Shown here: positions 34,140 through 46,041 of the stretch, piece after piece
How the letters are laid out: each line of letters begins with the position of its first letter
How positions within the stretch are numbered: the first letter of the stretch is position 1
The notes under the pieces: generated by a model
Told to the model about the DNA's origin: nothing
Databases searched by the model: none
Seen by the model: only the letters and a program-made list of their open reading frames with translations
Position numbers and translations under genes: made by a program
NCBI GenBank assembly: GCA_964016885.1
Contig: OZ024742.1
Location: 347,076,001 to 347,140,000, forward strand
Source: Eledone cirrhosa
Taxonomy: Eukaryota
Direction: 5' to 3'
DNA: 64,000 bases

Positions 34140-36892
34140 AGTAACAACAACAACAACAGCATGATCAACGACAACAACAGTAACAACAACAACACCAACA
34201 ACAACACCACCACCACCAACACCACCACCACCACCAACAACACCACCAACAACACCACCACCACCAAGAACAACACCACCCCCACCACCCCACCACCAAC
34301 ACCAACACCATCACCAACACCAACACCAACACTGCCCCTACCACCCCACCACCACCAACAACAACACCAACAACACCACCACCACCAAGAACAACACCAC
34401 CCCCACCACCCCACCACCAACACCACACCAACACCACCACCAACACCACCCCCACCACCACCAAGAACAACAACACCACCCCACCACCCCACCACCACCA
34501 ACAACAACACCACCACCAACACCAACACTACCCCTATCACCCCACCACCACCAACAACAACACCAACATCACCAACACCACCACCCCCAGCACCAACAAC
34601 ACCAACACCTACCACCCCACCACCACCAACAACACCAACATCACCAACACCACTACCCCACTACCAACATCACCAACACCACCACCACCCACCATCAACA
34701 CCACCAACAACAACACCACCACCAACACCAACACCACCCCTACCACCACCCCCCACCAACAACAACACCAACACCACCACCCCCACCATCAACACCACCA
34801 ACAACAACACCACCCCAAACACCCCCCCCCCCCACCACCACCAACAACAACACCAACATCACCAACACCACCACCCCCAGCACCAACAACACCAACACCT
34901 ACCACCCCACCACCACCAACAACACCAACATCACCAACACCACTACCCCACTACCAACATCACCAACACCACCACCCCCACCATCAACACCACCAACAAC
35001 AACCCCCCCCCCCCCCCCCCCCACCAAAAACAACACCAACACCCCCACCATCAACACCACCAACAACAACACCACCCCTACCCCCCCCCCACCACCACCA
35101 ACAACAACACCAACATCACCAACACCACCACCCCACTACCAACAACAGCAACAACACCACCCCACCACCAACATCACCAACACCACCACCCCACTACCAA
35201 CAACACCACCCCTACCACCCCACCACCAACATCACCAACACCACCACCAACATCACCAACACCACCACCCCACTACCAACAACACCACCCCTACCACCCC
35301 ACCACCAACATCACCAACACCACCACCCCACTACCAACAACAGCAACAACACCACCCCTACCACCCCACCACCAACATCACCAACACCACCACCACCACC
35401 AACACCCCACTACCAACAACAGCAACAACACCACCCCTACCACCCCACCACCAACATCACCAACACCACCACCAACATCACCAACACCAACATCACCAAC
35501 ACCACCACCCCACTACCAACAACAGCAACAACACCACCCCTACCACCCCACCACCAACATCACCAACACCACCACCAACATCACCAACACCACCACCCCA
35601 CTACCAACAACATCAAAAACACCACCCCTACCACCCCACCACCAACACCAACACCAACATCACCAACACCACCACCCCACTACCAACAACAGCAACAACA
35701 CCACCCCTACCACCCCACCACCAACATCACCAACACCACCACCCCACTACCAACAACAGCAAAAACACCACCCCTACCACCCCACCACCAACACCAACAC
35801 CAACATCACCAACACCACCACCCCACTACCAACAACAGCAACAACACCACCCTACCACCCCACCACCAACATCACCAACACCAACATCACCAACACCACC
35901 ACCCCACTACCAACAACAGCAACAACACCACCCTACCACCCCACCACCAACATCACCAACACCAACATCACCAACACCACCACCCCACTACCAACAACAG
36001 CAACAACACCACCCCTACCACCCCACCACCAACATCACCAACACCACCACCCCACTACCAACAACAGCAAAAACACCACCCCTACCACCCCACCACCAAC
36101 ACCAACACCAACATCACCAACACCACCACCCCACTACCAACAACAGCAACAACACCACCCTACCACCCCACCACCAACATCACCAACACCAACATCACCA
36201 ACACCACCACCCCACTACCAACAACAGCAACAACACCACCCTACCACCCCACCACCAACACCACCAACACCAACATCACCAACACCACCACCCCACTACC
36301 AACAACACCACCCCTACCACCCCACCACCAACATCACCAACACCACCTCCAACATCACCAACACCACCACCCCACTACCAACAACAGCAACAACACCACC
36401 CCTACCACCCCACCACCAACATCACCAACACCACCACCAACATCACCAACACCACCACCCCACTACCAACAACAGCAACAACACCACCCCAAACACCCCA
36501 CCACCAACATCACCAACACCACCACCAACATCACCACCCCACTACCAACAACAGCAACAACACCACCCGTACCACCCCACCACCAACATCACCAACACCA
36601 CCACCAACACCACCACCCCACTACCAACAACAGCAACAACACCACCCGTACCACCCCACCACCAACATCACCAACACCACCACCACCACCAACACCACCA
36701 CCCCACTACCAACAACAGCAACAACACCACCCGTACCACCCCACCACCAACATCACCAACACCACCACCACCACCAACACCCCACCACCAACATCACCAA
36801 CACCACCACCACCACCAACACCCCACCACCAACATCACCAACACCACCACCACCACCAACACCCCACTACCAACAACAGCAACAACAACAAT
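34140..36892. repeat. 2.75-kb C/A-rich compound trinucleotide repeat (CAC/CAA/CCA) with higher-order units
   Basis: Very few G or T on the plus strand; recurring blocks caccccactaccaacaacagcaacaacaccacccctaccaccccaccaccaacatcacc. Confidence 0.95.
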
Positions 36893-36921
36893 AAATCCAA
36901 AAGAGAAGCCACAATAATTAC

Positions 36922-37098
36922 CGCCACACAATATTTAATGCTGATTATTTTACACATATCCAACCGTGACGGACATGTTGGAGGAACAGTAAACTCGTAT
37001 CCTTGCCAATGACAGCTTTGGCCAGGGCGTATTGATTCACATAACTTGGAGCTGGCTACAATCACAACAACAGGACAGGAATCACTACACCGGACGAT
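36922..37098 (-). CDS. ARRDC-like gene, exon (arrestin C-domain)
   Basis: 59 codons IVRCSDSCPVVVIVASSKLCESIRPGQSCHWQGYEFTVPPTCPSRLDMCKIISIKYCVA ('VPP..PS.L..C.II.I.Y' arrestin-C motif). TTTTCAG acceptor and GTAATT donor; phase 0/0. Confidence 0.88.
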
Positions 37099-37123
37099 CT
37101 GAAAAGATACATGGGAGAGCAGC

Positions 37124-38112
37124 TGTAGAGATATATACATGTGTAGAGATATACATGTGTAGAGATATATACATGTGTAGAGATATACATGTGTAGAGAT
37201 ATATACATGTGTAGAGATATAAATGTGTAGAGATATATACATGTGTAGAGATATATACATGTGTAGAGATATACATGTGTAGAGATATACATGTGTAGAG
37301 ATATAGATGTGTAGAGATATATACATGTGTAGAGATATAGATGTGTAGAGATATATACATGTGTAGAGATATACATGTGTAGAGATATAGATGTGTAGAG
37401 ATATAGATGTGTAGAGATATAGATGTGTAGAGATATACATGTGTAGAGATATATACATGTGTAGAGATATACATGTGTAGAGATATATACATATGTAGAG
37501 ATATATACATGTGTAGAGATATATACATGTGTAGGGATATACATGGCAGAGTAAATGTAGGGATATACATGGGAGAGATATACATGTATAGAAATATACA
37601 TGTGTACAGATATACATGTGTAGAGATATGCGTGTGTAGAGATATACATGTGTAGAAATATACATGGCAGAGTATATGTAGGGATATACATGAGAGAGCA
37701 CGTGGAAAGATATACATGGGAGAGTAGATGTAGCGATAGAGCAACTGTAGAGATATACATGTGATAACATATATAAAGATATACATGTGATATCATGTCT
37801 AGGGACATACATGTGATAACATTTGTAGAGATATATGTGATATTATGTGTAGAGTTACATGTGATAACATGTGTAGATATATACATGTGATAACATGTAG
37901 AAATACATAGGAGAGCATGTGTAGAGATAAACATGTGATAATGTTTAGAGATACATGTGATAACATTTGTAGAGATACGACAGGACAAATAGAGATATCT
38001 GAGATAAAATGTAGAGATATATGTGAAGAGCTGTAAAGATACATGGGATAACATGTAGAGATATATGTGATAACATGTAGAGATATATGTGAAGAGCTTT
38101 AAAGATACATGG
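37124..38112. repeat. 18-20-bp minisatellite (gtgtagagatatacat-type), decaying to the right
   Basis: Repeated 'tgtagagatata(ta)catg'. Confidence 0.9.
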
Positions 38113-38119
38113 GATATCA

Positions 38120-38388
38120 CCTTCTGCCAGGAGTTGTGACTAACAGATAGTATCAACAACGGAAAGACCAATGGAAACATTGTTTCCTTGGTTTGATCTG
38201 ATGATCAGCCCCTTTCTTCTACCAGGGGTTGTGAGTGGCAGATAGCATCAGCAATGGAAACATTGTTTCTTTGGTCCAATGTAATGATCAGCCCCTTTCT
38301 TTTCTTCTACCAGGAGTTGCAAGTAACAGATAGTATCAGCAATAGAAAGACCAATGGAAACATTGTTTCCTTGGTCCGATCTGACAAT
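38120..38388. repeat. ~95-bp degenerate tandem repeat, 3 copies
   Basis: 'ccaggagttg...acagatagtatca...caatggaaacattgtttccttggt' three times. Confidence 0.75.
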
Positions 38389-39106
38389 TGGCTCTTAATG
38401 TGAGCAGTGATATTTTTTCTTACTATTTAATAATTTCAGGGCCTTCAAAACTGATAAGAGGGAGATATGAAGGTATCTTCTTACTAAAGACCTAATCAAA
38501 ATGCTTGCAACAAAGTGATCCCAGCTAAAGCCACCCAAGGGTCATTGGTGTTGTTAAATCAGGTGACAAATTCAGTCTACACCCCCCCCCCCTCCCTACA
38601 TACACTCAAATAAGCCACAGTAGGATTTGAACTCAAAATACCACAAGGTACCTTGTCCAACACTAACAATTCCATCAACCCATCAAGCCGTCAATTGGTC
38701 AATCTGCTAACCCTGGATTAATACTTTATTTTATCAACTTCAAATAAATTGACCTCAGCAAAATTGACCTCAGAATGCAGAGATGAAACAAATACCACAA
38801 GGAAATTTGTCCTATGAAAAAAATGTAGATTTAGCTGATTTCCTACAAGTTTGCATCTCACTGGAAGTTTCTCAGGTGTTTAAATGAAACATGCCCTCAT
38901 CTTATCATGAAAAGCAATATGGAATGAAGTATCTTGCTCAAAAATACACTGTTTCAGGAATGGAACCCATGACTGCACAATTGTTAATCTAGCACCCTAA
39001 CCCTAACCCTAGCCCTAACCAAATTGTCCTCACCTCTAACAACTCTGTTAAATCATTGCCTATTTAATATAAATTCAATGCAGGAACAGAGATATTAATA
39101 TTATGT

Positions 39107-39334
39107 TTAACTCTTTAGCATTTAAACTGGCCGTATCTGGCCAGATCTCTCTCACCTCCTTCTGTTCAAACCAGCTGTAACTGGCTGCTCATACCTACAT
39201 TAAGGTATTCTTCTCAAAATAAATAACATCAAAATCTCGTAGATTTGATTTTGTGTGAGATAATTATGTAAGGTAACGCCTTTAGTGTGAAAATACAATA
39301 GTAAATATAGAATAATGTAAATTCTAAAGGGTTA
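39107..39334. mobile_element. TTAA-bounded MITE (second family)
   Basis: ttaactctttagcattta ... taaattctaaagggttaa inverted ends. Confidence 0.55.
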
Positions 39335-39341
39335 AACATTT

Positions 39342-39672
39342 GAGATGTATAGCTTAGTGGTTAGGGCTTTCAGCTCATGATTGTAAGGCTGTAAGTTCAA
39401 TTCCTGGCAGTGTGTTGTGTTCTTGAGCCAGACACTTTATTTCACATTTTTCCAGTTTACTCAGATGAGAAAAATAAGTTGTAGTTGTAATTCAAAGAGC
39501 CAACAACCTTGTCACACATTGTGCTACATTGAATCTCCCTGAGAATTGTGTCAGGAGTTAATATTTCCATGGAATGCTCAGCCACTTGAAGGCTAATTTC
39601 ACAAGCACACTGTCAAATTTAATGAAACAACTGGAACACTCCTCGTAGGAAACGACAGAGGTTTAACAACAA
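39342..39672 (+). mobile_element. Degenerate tRNA-derived SINE
   Basis: TAGCTTAGTGG A-box, AAGTTCAATTCC B-box, TTCTTGAGCCAGACACTTTA core; tail differs from the 53904 element. Confidence 0.7.
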
Positions 39673-39932
39673 TGTGGAAACAACAACGATCCTATTGTAT
39701 TTCAACTGACTTTATATTGAGATTTTACAGTTGGTTTTATTTAATTCAGTCTTTCAAATCTAATAAAAGAAACCTTTCGATCTATTCAAATGTTCTCATT
39801 TTCTCAACATCAATGAAATAATTTATAAAATAATTTATAAAAACAAACAAAATATAATTCATTTAATTGAATCAATGAGAAATAAAGAGGAAAAGGAAGA
39901 GATGTGGAAGGGAGTATGTGTGTGTGTGTGTT

Positions 39933-39965
<33 letters not shown>

Positions 39966-40018
39966 AATATGAGAGAGACAGAGAGATAGACAAACAAAGA
40001 TAGAGAGATAGATATATT

Positions 40019-42718
40019 TCTTTATTAGCCACAGGGGCACAAAAGAAGGGGACAAATACAAAGGGGGAAGTTTACATACAATAAAAACGTGTAAAATGTT
40101 ATCACAGATGGAATTTAAAAGTTAGTCGATTTTCCCCAATAGAGGGAGACAGTTTATATGGGTAACACAGACCCCCGAAAAAAATGTGCAACCCTCATCT
40201 CCAGGAGTACGAAGAGCTTGTACTCCTTTCCTCTCCTCCTCCTTTTCCTCAACCTACAGGCTGATATAGAGAGAAGGCCCATTCACTCGGGCCATTCTCG
40301 CCACTTTCACCCACCTTTCATAAAACTTGCTGGGGTACAGCACCTCTCTCTCCATCCTGATTCTTCTTCCAAAGTGGTATTTGAAAAAAAGAATCAGTTG
40401 TTGGCCGGAGAGAAAGGTGTCTGACCTCAGCCCTTTCAACCTTGTCCACCATACAACCTCTTTCGCCATAGCTATCACACAAAGGAAAACCGCCTCTCCT
40501 TCGTTTTTGAAGGAGGGTGGCGGTTTGATCATGACAATGGACTCGGTGGTCAACTGGATTGGTCCCACCCGCGACAATAGTCGTTCCACATAGCCCCACA
40601 GGTCAGTGACGCCCGGGCAGTGTATGAATGCGTGCGCGACGGTTTCTTCGTCTCGCACGCACCTCGGACAGATCTTTTTTGCAGGGTCCCTGCCCGGGCG
40701 CCCATGTCTGTAGAGCTTGTCTCGAACTGGTAGAGCTCCTCGGTAGCACTGCCAGGCCAGGGACTTTTGGAAGTTGTCCATCGGTCCCGGGCGGAAGGTC
40801 CTACCGAACAGACTGGCCAGTTCATCTTCCTCCACGCCTAGAGTTTCACCGAGCGCGTCGTCGCACTTGCTGCGGACCAACCCTCTATAGAATGACGAAG
40901 TGGAGTCTCCACTGATCGCCGGGTCCGCCTGCCAGAGGGCTGTGAGCGCCTGAGCACATTCGATGTGCCAGTCGCCCATTTTCCTCGGTCTCTGCTTGAC
41001 CCAGGACTGCAGCTCGGTCAGCGAGACGAGTCGTGGGAAGGCTCGCCTCACGAACGGGGCCCACACCGGTTGTCCGGTGAGGAATACGTAGAGATGCCGC
41101 AGCCTGAGCGCGTGTTTGCGCATCGTCAACCACGGCATCCCCAGCCCTCCGTTAGAAGGGTGTTGGCAGCAGATGGATCTTCTTACCAAAGGAGCCCGCC
41201 TCTTCCAAAGGAATCGGAAGAGGGCGCGCTCCATTTTGGCGAGCGTTTTGGCTGGACAAGGCACGACGGTCAAGCGGTAGTAGATGGCGGACGCTATAAA
41301 AGTGTTCGCCACCTCCGCTCGACCTTTCAAGGATAGTTTGCACTCGGCCCACTTCTGGGTGAGTGCAAACACCTTGGCCGTCACTTCGTTCCAGTTCTTC
41401 TCCACCTGGAGGTCCGGACCAAACCAGACCCCGAGCAGCTTTACCGGTCCTTCCGTCCAGCGTCCGACGACGCCATCGGAAGGCATCGGTCTGCCTCTCC
41501 ACGATCCGAGTTGCAAACCGATGGACTTGTCCCGGTTCAGCTTCGCTCCTGTGAGACTTTCGTATTCCTTTAGTAAGGTGCCGACTTCCTCGATTTGCGA
41601 GGCGCTCGACACCATTACTGTCACGTCGTCGGCGTAGGCCGACGCCGCTTTCCGCAGTCCCGGTTCCAGAGGGATGCCCTGCAATAGCTCCAGCTTCCGC
41701 AGTAGTGGCTCGAGAGTCAGTACGTACAGAAGGGAGGAGAGAGGGCATCCCTGTCGAATGGATCGCGTAATATGGAACGGCTCCGAGAGGTAACCGTTCA
41801 CCTTGACCCTTGAGCAGATGTTGCTGTTGTGCATTGCAGCAATCCAGCCCCTGAACACGGGTCCGAAGCCTGCCGCCTCGAGCACCGCATCCAGGTAACG
41901 ATGGTCAACCCTATCGAAAGCCTTAGACTGATCCAAGTTGATCAGGGCCCCACCGAAGCCGGGTTTACACCCTACCCTCTCTATGATGTATCGCATGAGG
42001 TGGAGGTTGTCGTGTATGGACCTGGTCGGGATCGCGCATGTCTGCGCTTCTCCCACCAGGTTCTCGACGACAAGCGCCAGCCTCTTTGCCAACACCTTGG
42101 CCAAAATCTGTAACTCTGTGTTTAGCAGAGTTATGGGCCGGAAGTTGCCTATGTCATCCCCCTTATTCTCGTCCTTCCTGATTAGTGTGACCACGCCCCC
42201 GGTTACAGAATTGGGAATTCTCCCGTTCTGTTGCCAGTTGCAGTAGACCGCTTCCAGGAGACCGGAGAATAAGTCCGGCATTGCTACGTAAAATTCGTAG
42301 GGTAGACCGTCGAGACCTGGAGATTTGCGTTTGCCGCATTGGCTCAGCGCGTCCCCTATCTCAGTGGCTGAAATCGGCTTTTCGCAGAACTTCGCCTCGC
42401 TGTCCGAGAGTCGCGGTAGGCCGTCGAGGTATGGACCGAAATCCATAGCCTCTCCCGGCGCGCCGCTCCCCCCGAACAGCCGAGCAAAGTGCCGCTGAAA
42501 AGCCGCACACATCTGCTTCGGCTCACGTATCACGCGTCCGTTTTGGTCCTTCAAAGACCGAATCGTGGACTTGTTGCCACTTTTTGCCTCCGTCACTCGG
42601 GCCCAGCTAACAGCTTTGGCTCCCTCGTTTCCCAGAGCACGTATTTTGCTTCTGACAACGCAGCCCTCGTGCTTTGCGTCGAAGAACTGGTCCAAGGCCG
42701 TTCTCGTTGCTAGCACGT
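40019..42718 (-). mobile_element. L1/Tx1-clade LINE, 5'-truncated, open RT frame
   Basis: KSPGLDGLPYEFY, NFRPITLLN, LDQSKAFDRVDH, RQGCPLS, YADD, GGLGMP and C-terminal CPRC-x8-H-x4-C knuckle; stop at 40254; 3' UTR ending GGCTAATAAAG. Confidence 0.93.
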
Positions 42719-43770
42719 CTTTATTAGCCACAAGGGCGCAACAAGAAAAGGGGACAATACAAAGACATGCCGGGGATTTTACATACAGTCGTGTAAAAAA
42801 TATAAAAACAAACAATTTCAACAATCGAAATCCCCAATAGGGGGAGGCGCCACAAATGGGTTGTTTAATACCCCGTCTATAGAACAACCCTCAACTCCAG
42901 GAGCGTGTTGTGCAAGTGCTCCTTTCTTCCTTTTGCTCTCTTCCTCAACCTACAGGCTTATAAACAGAGAAGGCCCAATCACTCGGGCCATTTTCGCTTC
43001 ATTCACCCCCCTTTCAGTAAATTTACTGGGGTGCAGTGCCTCTCTCTCCACCCTGATTCTCCTTCTAAAGTGATACTTAAAGAAGGGAATCAATTGTTGT
43101 CCGGAGAGAAAGGCATCTGTCCTCAATCCTCTCAACCTCGTCCACCATATAACTTCTTTCACCATAGCCACCGTACAGAGGAAAACCGCCTCTCTTTCGT
43201 TTTTGAAAGAGGCTGGCGGTTTGATCCTTACTATGGACTCGGCAGTCAACTGGATTTGTCCCATACGCGACAGCAGTTGTTCTGCATAGTTCCACAGGTC
43301 ACTTACTCCCGGGCAGTGTACAATTGCGTGCAGAACTGTTTCAATGTCCTGCGCACATCTTGGACACGTCCTCTTGGAAGGATCCCTGCCAGGGCGTCCG
43401 TGCCTGTAGATCTTGTCACGAACCGGTAGAGCTCCTCGGTAGCACTGCCAGGCCAGGGACCTCTGGAAGTTGTCCATAGGTCCCGGGCGGAAAGTCCTAC
43501 CAAACAGACTGGTGAGCTCATCGTCTTCGACGCCCAGAGTCTCTCCAAGCATGTCGTCGCCCTTGTAACGTACAATCCCTCTATAGAATGTCAAAGTGGA
43601 GTCTCCACTGATTGCTGCGCCCGCTTGCCAGAGGACTGTGAGCGCCTGAGCGCATTCAATGTGCCAGGCGCCCATCGTTTTCAGTCTTTTCTTCATCCAG
43701 GACTGCAGCTCCGTTAGCGAGACGAGCTGTGGGAAAGCCTGTCTCACAAACGGTGCCCACACCGGTTGGG
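42719..43770 (-). mobile_element. Second L1/Tx1-clade 3' fragment (related subfamily)
   Basis: QPVWAPFVRQAFP...CPRCAQDIETVLHAIVHC...GPSLFISL* parallels the C-terminus of the first copy; 3' UTR ends GGCTAATAAAG at ~42719. Confidence 0.92.
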
Positions 43771-43779
43771 GGTCGGTGG

Positions 43780-43837
<58 letters not shown>

Positions 43838-45756
43838 AAAAACAGTCAGTGAGAGATAGACAGAGATAAACAGACATGCAGATAGATAAAGAGGGAAAAA
43901 GATAAGGGAAATATACATGATTGTATAAGAGAGGTGAATGGAGAAAATGTGAGAGAGAGAAAAGGATAGGGAGGAGATAAGGTGTGAGAAAGAGAGGGAA
44001 GGAGAGTGAGGGAGGAGTAGGCATGAGTATATGAGAGGGGGGGGAAGAGATGTGAATGAGAGAGGGGAAGGAAAAGAGAGAAGGGATTGCATGTGAGATA
44101 AATTAGGAAGTGGAGAGAATGCGAGAGAGGGAGAGGGGTGGTATGATATGTGTATAAGAGAAAGAGAGAGGGGGGTATGTATGTGTATAAGAGAGAGGGA
44201 GAATGTGTGTGAGAAAGAGAAAGTGAGAGAGGGAATGTGTAAGAAAGGAAGGAAGAGAGGAGAAAGTGAGGGAGGAAATACCTAAGAGAGAAAGAGACAC
44301 TAAAATAGAAAGAGAAGGAGGAAAAGCATGAGAAAGAAAGAGAGAGTGAGAGATGTGAAGAAGTAAGAAAGGGGAGATAACACCTAATGGAAGTTATCTA
44401 GTTACATCGTCTGCCATCCTTCATTTGAAACTTGTTCAGTTATCAGATATTTTTGCCGGTTATTTTCGGATATTTTCACATTGTTTTGGCATTATTTTTA
44501 AATTATTTGTTTTAATTATTTCTACGTCGTTTGTTTCATTGAAATAGATATAAGAATATAAAGAATAAATGCAAAGACAAAAGAAATAGAAATTCACTTC
44601 ATTAGAGAGTCAGTTAATCTCAAGACGGAGAAATATATAGAATATTTGTTAACAAAATAAATACAATTTTTTTTTTTTAAATCGAAAAATCGATATGTTC
44701 AGCAAAGAAATGTGGCAGAGCTATTTTCGTTTGTCAAAGAAAGTTGAAATATTTCTTATGTTGATTATTCGTCAGTCAACCTTTTAAAATCTAAAGATCA
44801 ACATTAAAATGCAATGGAGACAAATAAGAAATGTGTTGGTAAAGGTGATGGTGATGGTGTTGATGGAGGTGGAGATGTAATGGTGTTGGTGGTGAAGGAA
44901 AATATTTCTGTATGTATCTGTCAGCATGTGGTTAAAATGTCTCAGGAAAGAATAGTTGGACAGATTTTACAGGCAAAATGAAGCCCACACCATAAAGTGG
45001 TCATGTAGGTGTCATGACAAAAAGCATCCAGCCCACACTGTAAATGTGGTTGGCGTTAGGAAGGGCATCCAGCCATAGAAACAAAGCCAGAAATAGTTCT
45101 ATATAAGTAAGACATGCTCACTTGACCTGACTTGCCTCAAACGAGACAACCTGTCTAACCCATGCTAGCATGGAAGATGGACATTAAACAATGATGATGA
45201 AGAGTTGAAATTAATGCATGCAAGATTTCACAGCTTTAGAATCACTCCTTCATAGTTAGCCTATGAACTTTTAAGCCAACCCTCATATACTTATAAGTTC
45301 ATAGGGTGACCAAGATACTCTCTTGGAATGACCAAATGAGGTTTATTTTTTAACAAAGTCCCTGGAAAGAAACAATGCAGTTATTAATAAGAAGAGTTGA
45401 AATTAATGCATGTAAGATTTCACAGCTCTAGCATTACTCTTTCATAATCAGCCTATAAATTTCTCAGCTGATCCTCATATAATAGAGAATTAAGGAGTTT
45501 CTCTCAATTTTTGAAGCAATCCTAGCCCCATGCAGCATGATGGTGAAGCTAAGATGCTGGAATACATCACTCCTTCATAGTCAGCCAAGGAACCTTTCAG
45601 CCGACCCTTCTACATATTTTGTAGTCAATTCTTTCACAACTTTCATTTTTTTTTTGTTTTGTTTTTTTGTTTTTCCCTCAAGATATTTTTTCTTCTCTAT
45701 TAATAAAAAAAGGTAAATAGCTCACCTGTATTAATAAAAAAAGGTAAATAGCTCAC

Positions 45757-45945
45757 CTGTTTCAACTGCATATTGCATGATCCACATTTCCGGAAGGATA
45801 TATTCTGGAGTGTTATAGTTGCAATAATGTTCTCACCGGGCACAAAGATCTGTTTCTTCAGTGTGAGTGAACAAGAAACATGGCCAGTTTGACAACAGCC
45901 ATTACCAAGGCTCTTCTCAGCATAATCCTCAATTGGTGAATACAC
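45757..45945 (-). CDS. ARRDC-like gene, exon (start of arrestin C-domain)
   Basis: 63 codons VYSPIEDYAEKSLGNGCCQTGHVSCSLTLKKQIFVPGENIIATITLQNISFRKCGSCNMQLKQ ('CC..G', 'FVPGE.I', 'L.Q' arrestin-C motifs). AG at 45947-45946; GTGAGC donor at 45756; phase 0/0. Confidence 0.88.
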
Positions 45946-46041
45946 CTTACAGGTAAAAATTCAAGAAAAAAAATGTTTAATTAATTATCATTTTCATTCA
46001 AATAAAAAATGTAATAAAAAAATAAAATGGGAAATGAAATT

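Noticed and set aside
34053-36917. 954-aa Thr/Pro/His/Gln 'mucin-like' ORF with apparent signal peptide
   Set aside because: Open because the strand has almost no T or G; peptide blocks cycle through all three frames of one DNA repeat; lies antisense in an intron.
38994-39020. (CCCTAA)n telomeric repeat
   Set aside because: Only ~4 imperfect units; too short to call a meaningful interstitial telomere.
42719-42887. N-terminal 56 aa of the 877-aa ORF
   Set aside because: It is the 3' UTR of the neighbouring Tx1 copy read in frame by chance; the element lacks its endonuclease and ORF1.
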